A stretch of DNA of 43,024 nucleotides from Prorocentrum cordatum (taxonomy: Eukaryota), in contig CAUYUJ010000270.1 of the NCBI GenBank assembly GCA_963575745.1, positions 620,001 through 663,024 on the forward strand, written 5' to 3'. The translations under genes were made by a program, and so were the position numbers. Shown one piece after another: positions 11,100-22,349 of the stretch (the first letter of the stretch is position 1; every line of letters begins with the position of its first letter). The notes beneath the pieces are model-generated. The model saw nothing but the letters and a program-made list of their open reading frames with translations. It was not told the origin of the DNA and searched no databases.

Positions 11100-12555
11100 C
11101 GCGGTCCGGGAACCAGCTGCACCCGAAGAACCAGCCGCCTGCCCGATGGTTCTGACGAGCCACCAGCGCCTGGGAGCACTTCGGGCACGGTAGCACCTCG
11201 TCGTCCTTCACCGTCGGCGGGGCCGTGCTGAAGCTGTCGCTGACCACACTCGTGCTGTCGCCGACGTCGCTGCCCACGAGCTTGAAGGAGCCGAGGTCGG
11301 AGCCACGGTCCGAGCTCACCAGGAAGGCAGAGTCATGCTCCACGTCGTCCAGCACGAAGAGGGTCACGTCCTTCCGCTTCTTGGCGCTGGTGCTGCTTAG
11401 TGGGTGCGGGCTGCTGCCTGAGGCCGAAGAGCTGCTCCAGGCCGGGCGCGAGAGCGCCGCTGCTCGCCCGCGTGGGTCTGCTCGGCCCTTCGGCTTTGCT
11501 GACGGCTTCGGCTTCTTCGGGCCCATAGGACACTCCGGGTCCCCGGCCCAGTGGCCGAGCTTGCCACGCGCCCCGCAGTGCGTGCGCTGCTTGTCCTTCG
11601 CGATCTCCGCCTTGCGCTCCTCGAAGGTCAGCGCCCCCTCAGCCTTGAAGAAGCCACGCTTCCTCTGGAGGTCCCGAACCTTGGCCCGTGCGGTGTCGTA
11701 GGCGGCGCACGCACTGCTGATCGCCTCGTCCTGGCTCGCGCCAGCGTCGCTGGCGAAGTCGCCCTCCGCGTCGCCGTCCTCGTAGGCCTCGTAGACCTCG
11801 TCGTCGTAGTCCTCGTGCTGCTCCTCCTCCTCGTCGTCGATGTCGTCCGTCTCGATGTAGTACGCCCTCGGCTGCCTCTTGGACTTGTCCTTGCCCCTGC
11901 CTCCGCCCTTCGGGCGCCCGGCTGAATGGGGTGGCGGCGGCCGAGGAGTCTCCTCCTGCAGGTGGAGGTCGTGGTAGTTCGTCTTCAACGTGTTCTCGAA
12001 AGCCTTCGTCTCGTACTTGTTGTCCGCCACCATCGTGACCAGCCGCTTCTGGTTGTCCGTCAGCATCGCCCCCTCGCGGAGGAAGTGCGCGTAGAGGTCG
12101 TCGCTGAGCTTCGTCCCGGCGTCGAGCTCCGTCAGCTCGTTGTACTTGTTGTGGAAAGTCCTCAAGTACTCAACGATATCCTGGCCGCGCTTGCGGCGAG
12201 ACCGTTTGAAGAAGTCGTCGAACTTCTGCTGCTTGCGTACAACTGCTACCTTGTCCAGGCGGTCGAGAGCCTCGATGATCCTCTGGTGCGAGCCGTCCTG
12301 TGTGAGCGCCGTCGTGTCGTCCAGGAGAGGCTCCACCGCCTTCCACGCCCGGCCTGCGAGGCCGCGCGTCGGGCGCAAGCCCAAGTTCGCTCGCTTCTCC
12401 CTGCCGGCCTCCGTTGCGCTCGACTGCGTGCTGTATTCCACCATCACTCTCATTCGATATTCCCGTAGAAGAGCTATGTTCTCACCATCCCAATGCGGGA
12501 TGCCCTCTTTGTCGACAAAGAGCTCCTCCGCGGACTCGTCTGTCATTCGGGCCAT
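11100..12555 (-). CDS. Copia Gag with zinc knuckle and extra C4 zinc ribbon
   Basis: GIPHWDG N-terminus, RKRGQDIVEY major-homology-like region, knuckle CGARGKLGHWAGDPEC (second Cys mutated), and CPKC...GWFFGCSWFP. Confidence 0.85.
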
Positions 12556-12569
12556 CCTTGCCGCCGTAA

Positions 12570-12593
12570 ATCGAAAACCTTGCTCCGCGACCA
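12570..12593 (-). promoter_or_regulatory. Primer-binding site, probably initiator tRNA-Met
   Basis: TGGTCGCGGAGCAAGGTTTTCGAT starts 1 nt after the 5' LTR. Its complement ATCGAAAACCTTGCTCCGCGACCA resembles the iMet-tRNA 3' end, including the AUCGAAA T-loop. Confidence 0.7.
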
Positions 12594-12594
12594 G

Positions 12595-12824
12595 TTTGAA
12601 CCCAGATCTGCTCTCTCTGCTGTCAGGCTGGGCGCAGCTCCTGTTTCTCGAAGCCGAGAAGCGCCACAGGCTGGCGCCGATCCCGGGCGCAGGCCGCCCA
12701 GCACAGCTGAAACCTGGGGCCCCAGGCTTGGGCCCACAGCGGTTGCGGGAGCACGGGAGAAGGGCAGAGGGAAAGCAGAGAGGAAGGGAATAGGCGGGTT
12801 GAGGCGAGCCTGGAAATCTTCACA
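12595..12824 (-). repeat. 5' LTR of copia element
   Basis: Starts TGTGAAGATTTCC and ends GGTTCAAA on the - strand; flanked by CCCTG at 12825-12829. Confidence 0.95.
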
Positions 12825-12919
12825 CCCTGCGCAACGCGGGGCATGAGTCGATTGGGAGTCGTTATACGGAGGTGATGACGTGGCATGGGCGCATATACTT
12901 CTGCGAGCGGCATTCGTGA

Positions 12920-14145
12920 AGCTCGCAGCCCCCCAAGGATTGCGATGTCCCGCTCAGATCTGCCTGGTTCCTCGCTCCAGGTCCGCGCGGTGCCTCACTC
13001 CGCAGGACCCACCAGCAGCCCTCGAAAGTGGCGACAGTTTCGCAGATCGCAGCCCCCCCAGGGACGGCGAGGTCCCGCTCAGATCCGCGCGGTGCCTCAC
13101 TCCACAGGACCTACCAGCAGCCCTCAAAAGTGGAAACAGCTTCGCAGATCGCACCCCCTCAGGGACGGCGAGGTCCCGCTCAGATCCGCGCGGTGCCTCA
13201 CTCCGCAGGACCCACCAGCAGCGCTCGAAAGTGGCGACAGTTTCGCAGATCGCAGCCCCCCAGGGACGGCTAGGTCCCGCCCAGGTCCGCGCGGTGCCTC
13301 ACTCCGCAGGACCCACCAGCAGCCCTCGAAGCGGCGACAGTTTCGCAAATCGCAGCCCCCCAGGGTCGGCGAGGTCCCGCTGATGTCCGCGCGGTGCCTC
13401 ACTCCGCAGGACCCACAGGCAGCCCTCGAAAGTGGCGACAATCTCGCAGATCGCAGCCCCCCAGGGACGGCGAGGTCCCGCTCAGATCCGCGCGGTGCCT
13501 CACTCCGCAGGGCCCACCAGCAGCCCTCGAAAGTGTCGACAATTTCGCAGATCGCAGCCCCCCAGGGACGGCGAGGTCCTGTTCAGGTCCGCGCGGTGCC
13601 TCATTCCGCAGGACCCACCGGCAGCCCTCGAAAGCGGCGACAGTTTCGCAGATCGCACCCCCCCAGGGACGGCGAGGTCCCGCTCAGGTCCGCGCGGTGC
13701 CCACTCCGCAGCACCCACCAGCAGCCCTCGAAAGCGGCGACAGTTTCGCAGATCGCAGCCCCCCCAGGGACGGCGAAGTCCAACTCGAATCCGCGCGGTG
13801 CCTCACTCCGCAGGACCCACCAGCAGCGCTCGAAAGTGGCGACAGTTTCGCAGATCGCAGCCCCTCAGGGTCGGCGAGGTCCCGCTGATGTCCGCGCGGT
13901 GCCTCACTCCGCAGGACCCACAGGCAGCCCTCGAAAGCGGCGACAATCTCGCAGATCGCAGCCCCCCAAGGACGGCTGGGTCCGGCTCAGGTCCGCGCGG
14001 TGCTTCGCTCCGCAGGACCCACCAGCAGCCGTCGAAAACGGCGACAGTTTCGCAGATCACAGCCCCCCAGGGGCGGCGAGGTCCCGCTCGTGTCCGCGCG
14101 GTGCCTCACCCCGCAGGATCCACCAGCAGCCTTCGAAAGTGGCGC
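12920..14145. repeat. Tandem satellite, ~101-bp unit, ~12 copies
   Basis: TCCGCGCGGTGC recurs at 12982, 13084, 13185, 13286, 13386, 13487, 13588, 13688, 13790, 13891, 13992 and 14093. Confidence 0.95.
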
Positions 14146-14890
14146 CCCTATCAGAACTGGTCACTATGTTCCCAATTCCCGCCCGCTCCTTTGCCCTGCC
14201 CCTCCCCCGTTTCTCCTCTACTTGCCGCCCTCCATTTCCCCGAGCGTTTCCCAATTGCCCCTGGCCCCTGCGCGGCAAACGCCCGCGCCCCCCCGCAGCT
14301 GAAAGACTCGCCTTGCGCTCATTCTCCAATCCACTCGCGAGGCGCATGGCTTGATTCCACATTGATACTGGCAAGCGACGTCGAAGCCACGGCAAATCCG
14401 ACAGGCGCGATCGGCCCCCTCGAATGGCGGGCGAACCGACACGTAAGACGATGTCGCAAAAGTAAGTTTGGAATTGTGGGATCCGCACAAGAAGCTAACC
14501 CACTCGCCCAAAGTGTAGTTATGTGCCTGTCCGATCCTCGTTATCCCAAACCCCCCTCCCCCCGCCGCCCCACCCCTGCTCCTCCCCCCTCCTCGAAAGA
14601 AGCCCAAAACCCATCATGATCTCCATGGGCCCTCTTCTGAGGGCCCCAACTGAAAAATCCAACGCCAAGGAAACCACGCTCACAACAACTAGTCTCCTCT
14701 CTCATTTATCCTCCCCCCCCCTCCTCCCACACTCACCCCTCTTCCTCTTTCATCCCCCTTCTCGATCCTCCTACTCCTCCTATTCCTCCTCCTCTTCCTC
14801 CTCCTCCTCCTCCTCATCAGCATCATCCTCACTGCGGTCGTCAGCATCGGCAGCCGCATCAGCATCAACAGCAGCACCAACATGATAATC

Positions 14891-15357
14891 AGATCCTGCT
14901 GCACCCCAGGCCACTCTAAACATGTCTGCGCGGCGGGCGCCCGAGGCGATTCCAGCGAAGGCGCAGCAGCGAGCGAACGAGACAGACGTGAGAGAGAGAG
15001 AGAGAGAGAGAAACAAAAAAGAGGAGGAGGAGGACCCAACGCACCCACACAACACCGAGGAGGAGAGAAAGAGAAGAGGGAGAGGGAGGCGGGCCAGCAA
15101 AAGGCTTGAGCCGACGCGGTCGCGGCGAGATGCGCGACCACGACGGCCTGCGGCCCCGCCTGAGATGAAATGTGCAAACACGGCCAGATCCTGCTACACC
15201 CAAGGCCACCCTAAACATGTCTGCGCGGCGGGCGCCCCGGGCGATTCCACCGAAGGCGCAGCAGCGAGCGAACGAGACACACGGGAGAGAGAGAGAGAGA
15301 GAGAGAGAGGAGGAGGAGGAGGAGGAGGACCCAACGCACCCACACAACACCGAGGAG
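14891..15357 (-). repeat. 3' split direct repeats B1-A2-B2
   Basis: 14891-15062 is similar to 15186-15357 (AGATCCTGCT...CAACACCGAGGAG); 15094-15186 is similar to 21246-21338. Confidence 0.92.
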
Positions 15358-15520
15358 ACCCGAGCCCGAGAGGAGAAGTGGCGACGGCAAGACGGCGCCG
15401 AAAGTGCATAAACTTAAAGAGGAGCACACATAATATCAACTAGGGTACTTACCAGAGACAGGACAGGCAAGAAAAACCGAACGCTTGAAACCTTGAGCTC
15501 CTGTTTGTCTTGCAGTTGAA

Positions 15521-16205
15521 TCAGAAAAACATGCACAACTTGACAGGATGAGGTCCGGCAAGGCGGGTCCACAAGATCCCCGAAACAGGGTCAAGGCCAG
15601 AGAGGACTATGAGGGGCTTACCAGAATAAGAACATAGGCCCTTTCTATAGCTGCACCGCGGCCTCACGAGAACGTCAGGGTGGCGACGGGCCCAGCAGGC
15701 CACGCGCGTGAACTTCCTCCAACGGGCCCCAAACGAACACATGTCGACGTCGAACGACGCGGCGTCGCTGGCCCCCAGTAGGGCCTTCATCGCAAGAGCA
15801 CTCCAGACCCATGAGCCTCCCGGGTTCTCCAGGTAGACGGGGCCCCCGAGAGCGCGACGCAGTGAGATCAGGACCACGGCGAATCGGAGCTGCTGGTTCC
15901 CGAGGTCGACGGCCGCCGGCGGCCTGGCTGCAAGGTTCGGCAGCCCCCAGACGCGGCCTTTCGAGCGGATAGTACACCAAGAAAACCCAGGCGGCCCGCG
16001 TCCGGCCAGGCTCCAAGATGAACGCGGCCCAGCGATCCAGACAGCCGAAGCGACTCCGCCTCGCACCCGCCCTCGCACGACCTGGCGGACAACAGGATTG
16101 TCGAAATCAAACCACCGCTTCGATGCGAAATCCATCGGCAGCGCGGCGAGCCCGCGGAGGCGCAGCGCTGCTGACAGGCGGCCAGTCCCGGCGAATAACC
16201 AGGAC
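15521..16205 (-). CDS. C5 cytosine methyltransferase-like domain of the YR retrotransposon
   Basis: LFAGTGRLS (I), PMD (II), IAGPRSSWS (IV, PC mutated to PR), VYLENP (VI), DMCSFGARWRKFT, AGPHPVKLC (X). Confidence 0.75.
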
Positions 16206-16399
16206 AGCGGTCCGAAGGGGGACCTTGTGAAGCCTGAAGCTTTCGTGAAGCTTGTTGAGGAGGTGGCGACGGATCGACGTCGTCGAAGGGCCCCCCTCAC
16301 ATGGGCCGGCGAGCTCTACCGCCCGCGCGAGGTCCGGCAGAGCTCGGGCAGCGGCGCCACCAGCAGGAAGACGCGGCATCGCAGCGCCCCTCCGCTGGC

Positions 16400-17330
16400 C
16401 GACGGAGAGCACGCGCTGGCCGACGAGCCGCAGCTCGGTGATGATGCGAGCGCGCTTGGCGCACTGCCAGAAGTTCTTGTCTGAGGCCCAGCCGCCGCGC
16501 AGCTGGACGTCGAGGGCGGCTTGACTCTTGGCCAAGGGGCCGTCCGAAGCTCCCCCGTGGCGCAGCCCGCAGTCTGGGGCTGGGAAGTCGCTCGGGCCCA
16601 GCGCGCTGGCAGCCTCCTTCGTGCTCGTGACGAACCAGCCTGGAGGGAAAGACCAGATCCGCGAAGATCCCGACGGCGCTCGGCGCCCCAGGCCGAGGAG
16701 CGCCGGAACCAGGAAGACAAGGGGGTCGATCACCACGGTGGAGTCCCAGAGGCCCCTCTTCCCTGGCCGTCCCAGCTCACCTGGAGACAGCAGCAGCGAG
16801 GCGAGCCCCGCGCCCTCAGCGTCCGCCACGAGGGGGGGGGGCGACCTACATGGTCGTCAGCTGGTCGCGCTCCGACGGCCGGGGGTGGCGCGTGAAGCTC
16901 TGGATGGATCATGGCGAGTTCCTCCTCGATCTGGCCGCGGCGCAGCGTCGCGCCAGCCGGCGCCGCCGCCAGCGGCCGCGGCAGCGGCGCGCGCGCGCCG
17001 CGGGGGGCGCACTTCCCCCACCCCACCAGGCTGCGGGAGGCCCAGCAGAGCGCCCGGCCGCCCCAGCGGCGCAGCGGCGGCAGGAAGAACTTCTGGGCAG
17101 CCAATAGAAGCGAAGCGTCATCGCCGCTGTGACCGCGGAGATACAGGCACTCGAAATAAGCCACCACGATGCCGCCCCGTTGGTCCCAGCGGCTCCAGCC
17201 CAGAACGAGCTGCGAGCACCGCCCGATGAGGTCCCCCGCCGACCTCCGGCCTCAGCGTGGCCTTGCTGATAGACCGCGGCTCGAGGTGGGCGATCCCCGC
17301 TAGGAGGCTCCCCTGCAAGGCCTCGCGATG
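16400..17330 (-). pseudogene. Tyrosine recombinase (frameshifted)
   Basis: GKRGLWDSTVVID, LRHGGASD (HxxR-like box; first His mutated) and RGGWASDK...AK (DIRS RGRWxS...Y box). Confidence 0.75.
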
Positions 17331-17479
17331 GCAGGCGGCTGCCGCCGGCGGAACAGCGGCTGTCAGGATCCCAGCGCCAACAGCCCGGGGGGCGGGCTGG
17401 ACCTGGGGCCTGCCCAGTCGGCAACGGGGGCCAGGCGGATCGGCCCCGCATCCTCGCGGGAGTCTCGATGATCACGGAG

Positions 17480-19581
17480 GCGGTCACCAACCAAGAGCCA
17501 TAGCCACCTCGGCGTCGATGCCCTTGATGTAGCTGAGGCCGCACGAGGGCGCGTCCGCGGGGTTGAGCTCGCCGGGGGCCCACCTCGCAATGGCGCGCAG
17601 TCTGCAGGCCGAGGAGTAGGCGCAGATCTCTCGCAGGACGCTGCGCTGCTGCGGCGAGGACCCGCGGCCCCCCCCCGATGGCGAGGGCGAGGGGCACGTT
17701 GTCGACCAGGCACGCGATCCTCTTCCCGCGGGCGCCCGCGGCCCTGAGCTGGCGGCGCAGCGCGGGCGCGACGGCGAGCCCCTCCGCGCGGTCGATGTCG
17801 AAGGAGTCCCTCCACGGGAACGGGTGGGCGACAGCCCGGCCGTCCTCGGCGCGCAGGTTCGAGGCGACCTCGCCGACGGACTTGTCCCAGTTCTTGGCCT
17901 CGCCCGTTGGCAGACAGCCAGGATCGCGAAGTACTGCGCCAGGAGAGCCATTCCAATCGCGCGGTCGCGGGCGCCCGCCGACTCCTCGAAAAGGCGGCGC
18001 CACCTCTCGGCAGCGCGGCTAATCTCGGCCACAGTCTCGCGGTCGCAGCGGCGGCGGCAGACCCCGCAGCCCCAGCCCGAGACGTCGCTGGCGGCGATCT
18101 CGCTGCGCCAGTCCGAGTCAGCGAAGACGGCGAAGAGCGGCAGCGGAGAGCGGACGTGCCAGAGCTCGCGACGCACCGAGGGCCGGAGCGGCATCGCCTC
18201 GCCCTTCGCCGCCAGGACGCAGGCGTAGACCGAGTCGAAGATGGCCGGCGAACATCTCTTGAGCAGCGCGACCCAGGTGCAGTGGCCGACGACGACATCC
18301 ATAATGGGCCCGCGAATGTTCGGGCGTCGGAGGAGCTCCGCGACGGCGCGGCGAGGAGCCAGGCTCGCCGCGCAGAGACCCGCGCGGAGCGGCGATATCC
18401 ATCAAGCTCGAGGCCCACGAAGCTAGTGGACCTGGTAGCCCCCACCTGCTCGTGGACGACAAAGCCGAGTGAGGAGAGCCCCCGCTCGACCTTGCGGCCC
18501 ACGGCCTGAGCCTTGGCGCGCTGCGGGCCAGCAACGAAGTAGTTGCCCACGTTCGCGGCGCCAGCGGCAGACAGCTTGGGCGCGAGCACCGCGCCGCGGC
18601 AGCGGTCGCGGACCTGCCGCGCGGGGCCGACGCGGGCCCGGGCGAGCGCGGCCTCAGGGGCGCACTGCCAGAGGTGCAGGGCCCAGGGCCAGCCCATCGG
18701 CAAGATCGCGAGCTCGGGGAGCAACCAGTCGGACTCGCGTATCGCGAAACCGCCCAACTCAGGAACCCCAGCCAGCCCAGCGCGCGCCGGCGCCAGCGAG
18801 AAGTACTCGCAGAGGTCCTCGGGCACCTGCGTCGCGTAGAAGGCTTGCGTCTCCATGCGAACGAACGCGGAGCCGGAGGGCAGCTCGGTGCAGGGCGGCG
18901 GCTTGAATCGCGCGTTGCAGACCCGGGCGTCGAAGATGAGCTGCTGCTGGCCCGACTTCTTCGCGACCGCGAAGACCCCGGGAGCCCGCGACGGCCGCGG
19001 GCAGGAGAGAGGCGCAGCATGCCCCTGCCCAGGTGTTCGCTGATGAACTCCCCGTAGGTGGCAGGGCGTCGTAGTTTAGGATCAGCGAAGGGTTGAGTGA
19101 GTCCGAGATCTCGTCGAAACGCCGCTGCTTCACCAGGTGGGCGTAGCGCGCGGGCCTTCCCACCCTGCAGCCACAAACGGTCAGCCTCCAGAAGTGCGTC
19201 ATAAAGCGCCACCAGCGCCGAGCCGCCAGCAGGCCAGGACGCGAGGTCCGTGCTGCAGGAGACCACGTTGCCGCGCCCCGCAGAGAAGAGCGGGCAGATG
19301 GAGCAGATGTCGGAGAGCGAGCTCGCGCGAGAGATGTCAGATGGCGGGCCGCCGAACTTGACATGCTGCGCAGCGATGTAGTCGAGCGACCGCTGCTGCA
19401 AAACTGCGGGGCGCTTCCGCATCGGTGGCGCCCCGCCCCCGCCGAGCCAGTTGAGCGCCCTGATGCCGTCGTTGGCCCAATCAATCCGAGCCAGAGCACC
19501 GGCGCGACCGCCGGCATCGCGGGGGGCGTCGCGAAGAAGAAATGGAATATGGAAAACGTTTCGCTGACGACTGACAGCCAC
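17480..19581 (-). pseudogene. DIRS-type reverse transcriptase / RNase H (frameshifted)
   Basis: PFADPKL, VFAVAKKSGQQQLIFDAR (alternate frame), LPMGWPWAL, NVGN in place of YVDN; RNase H motifs ASDVSGWGCG, LVDN and RWAPGELNPADAPS. Confidence 0.85.
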
Positions 19582-19699
19582 GGTGCGACGGCCACGATGT
19601 CAGGGGCGAGAGGCCAGAGGGGAGCCCTCCAGGATGGCCAAAGTCCTGGCAGCCGCCGCAAGCACGATGAAGAGCGCAGGCTCAGACTTGCCAGCGTTG

Positions 19700-21020
19700 C
19701 CCGCGACGCCGCCCTGTCCGCCGCCTCGGCCGCCCGCGGGTGGGTGGAGCAGCTGCCGCTCTTCACGCGCCTTGCGGCGCTCCTTCGTGATGGCCGAGTC
19801 GGCGGCAAACTGCGTGGAAGTTCCACTCCGGCAGGGCCGGCCATGTCATGAACCCACGGGCGGGCTGCACTCCCGCGAAGAAAAACTGCTCGTGGCCTCC
19901 GCTGCCGGGGGAACGAAAGCACACCAGCTTGTCCTTGTAGCTTTTCTCGCGGAGGTGGGGCCGTCGGGCAACGAGCTCCATCGCTGCCAAATTCGATCCG
20001 TCGACCTGATCGTGCGACAGGGCCACCTGCATGATCTTCGAGAACTCGTGATGCAACGAAACGATGGGGTCGTCCACAGGCACAGTCGACCCGAGAGCAG
20101 CCTTCCAAGCCGGGGGATGTCCCATCGGCGAATCTCCGTTCTCCACCTGGTAAGTCGCGACCCAGTGGTACGCGGAGGGGCTAGGCACGTACCGATCGGG
20201 AAGGCTCGTCGGCCGCATGAGCTGGACGCAGTTCCTGAACTCCCGAAGGCGCGGCCCCTGCACGTCGCACGCGGTCGCGAGAGTCCGAAGGTCTCCAAGC
20301 CTGGCGGCGGCTCCGCCATCGACTGCAAGGGGTGCGGCGGCGACAGCACCGTCACCTCCAGCGGCGGACGGGGCAGCAACCAGCGCAGCGGGCCACGTCA
20401 GCCCTCCTCCAGCGGCGGGAGCGCTCGCCGCGCCAGCAGCGGCTGCCGGGGCGGGGGCGGGGGCGGCAGCAGCGGTGCCGCCTGCGGCAGTCGTCTCCCG
20501 AGGGGGCTCCGCGTGCAGCCGCGGCGAGGACACGAAGTGCACCAGGAGCAGGAGCGGCCGCAGCGGAACCCGCACCAGTGTCACGTTCTTGCTTGGCCAT
20601 ATTCGCGGTTCCGCGGGCGCAGGCCTGCGCCAGCGGGGCGACCGTCGGCATCGCGGCGAGGTCGGAGTGCCGCAGTCCAGCTGGAGTGACGGCGCCCAAC
20701 GGCGCGGCGGCGGGGCCCCACTACTTCCGCCAGTTGCGGACGCCAGCGTCCCCTGCATCGTACTCCCCGACTTACACGTCAAAGTCGGGCGTGAGGTCAG
20801 CGTAGTGCTCCAGCCCGCGAGACGAGAACGCAACCACGAAGAGCTTGCGCGCCAGGCGAGTCCCCGCAGCGGAAGGCAGGCCGCACCGCGCCGCTTCCCC
20901 GGCCAGGGAGGGCCGAGGCCCGCTGCCCGCCTCGCACGAGGGGCGCGGTCGACAAGGCGAGGGGCAGGCGCGCGTTGCCTCCCTCGCGTCCAGGGCGGGG
21001 GCTCGGCAATCAGCCAGCGG
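19700..21020 (-). pseudogene. ORF1 (gag-like) of the YR retrotransposon
   Basis: Located upstream of RT; contains GDLRTL...RLREF, HDQVDGSNLAAMELVARR and WPALPEW, followed by a KAREE coiled segment. Confidence 0.6.
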
Positions 21021-21245
21021 CACCAAGAGCTCGGCGGCCTCACCCGGCGCCGGGAGCGGGCCCGCCTCGAACGGCGGGAAGGGCGCGGGCGCCGGCGCGG
21101 CCGCCGCGGGCCCCGGGCGCGCCTGGGGATGCGGGCTCAGCGGGCGGCAACCACCAGCGAGCCAGGAGCAGCAGAATCGAGTTGCTTGCGAGCGGGAGGC
21201 CGACCCCGGAACCCGTGAAGCGCATCCGGGTGGAGGCCTCGCCCT

Positions 21246-21338
21246 CCAGCAAAAGACTTGAGCCGACGCGGTCGCGGCGAGATGCGTGACCACGGCGGCC
21301 TTCGGTTCCACCTGAGATGAGATGTGCAAATACGGCCA
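21246..21338 (-). repeat. 5' terminal repeat A1 of the YR element
   Basis: CCAGCAAAAG...TGTGCAAAYACGGCCA matches 15094-15186. Confidence 0.92.
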
Positions 21339-21365
21339 TCATCAGCAGCATCATCATCAGCATCG

Positions 21366-21431
<66 letters not shown>

Positions 21432-22105
21432 GCATCATCATCATCACCTTCACCCCCCCCTTCCTTCTCATATAGAACACCGCCCTTCCCCTTCCTCCCC
21501 ATCCTCCACCCCCTCCCCCTCCCCTTCCTCCCCCCTCCTTCTCTTCCCGCTCCTCTCCTCTCTCCTCCCGACCACCCCCCCTACTGCCCATCCACCCGTC
21601 CCTTCTCCTAAGATAGCGACGCTGACGACGCCGTCGAAGCCGTGGTAGCAGAAGACGAAGACCACCACGACGACGATGACGCCGACGACGACGAAGCCGA
21701 CGACGACAGCGGCGGCGGCGACGGTGGCGGCGGCGGCGGCGGCGGCGACGGCGGCGGTGACGACGACGACGTCAAGGCCGACGAAAACGACGACGGCGAC
21801 GCTGGCGACGTCAGCAACGACGACGGCGGCGACACCGACGACGACAACAGCGACGACAGTGGGCGACGTCTGGGCCTGGCTCCGAGCTTGGCGCCAGGGA
21901 CGGCCTGCCCGCGGTGCATGGAGGGGGATAGGGCTCCCGCTCGTCCCTCGTCATCGTCCCTGTCCTCCTCCTCCTCCTCCTCCTCCTCCTCCTCCCTCTC
22001 CTCCTCCTCCTCCTCCTCCTCCTCCTCTCTCCTCCTCCTCCTCCTCCTCCTCCTCCTCCTCCTCCTCCTCCTCCTCCTCCTCCTCCTCCTCCTCCTCCTC
22101 CTCAT
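21339..22105. repeat. Microsatellite/low-complexity cluster: (CAT)n, (GAC/GGC)n, (CCT)n
   Basis: (CAT)n at 21339-21446; (CCT)n at 21963-22103. Confidence 0.95.
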
Positions 22106-22349
22106 ACTCCATCTCTTTTCCTTCCACGTCAGCGCCGTCTTCGTCGCCGACGCCGCCGTCGTGTTCGTCTTCCCCCTTTCGGGTCGGCGGCACTGGCCGC
22201 GTAGCCTTCCCAATAACTCTTACCTGTCGCACCCCGAGACGTGTCGGTAGGGCGGGCCGGGCGTTTCGCCTGAGACTTCCTTACCAGTTATAATCCTTAA
22301 CCTTAAGAGTTGCTACATTTTCACGGATGGAGGCGTCTTTAACATGTTG

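Larger units (their letters stand above)
4854..12824 (-). mobile_element. Ty1/copia LTR retrotransposon, full length, frameshifted
   Basis: Two ~230-bp LTRs, TSD CCCTG on both sides, a PBS, and domain order gag-PR-(MTase-like)-IN-RT-RH, which is the copia order. Confidence 0.95.
14890..21338 (-). mobile_element. Tyrosine-recombinase (DIRS-order, split-direct-repeat PAT/Ngaro-like) retrotransposon with MTase-like domain, decayed
   Basis: On the - strand: A1 (21338-21246), ORF1, RT/RH, YR, MTase-like domain, B1 (15357-15186), A2 (15186-15094), B2 (15062-14891). Confidence 0.9.

Noticed and set aside
12561..12593. tRNA gene
   Set aside because: Only a tRNA 3'-end-like segment is present; it is the retrotransposon PBS.
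12920..14145. CRISPR-like array (also considered for 33181-33840)
   Set aside because: Units are contiguous with no unique spacers, there are no cas genes, and the context is eukaryotic.
12885..14619. Long + strand ORFs (489 aa, 395 aa)
   Set aside because: They are translations of the 101-bp satellite; the period is not a multiple of 3 and the same peptides rotate through all frames.
21040..22293. Poly-His/Met/Leu/Glu ORFs
   Set aside because: Microsatellite translations.
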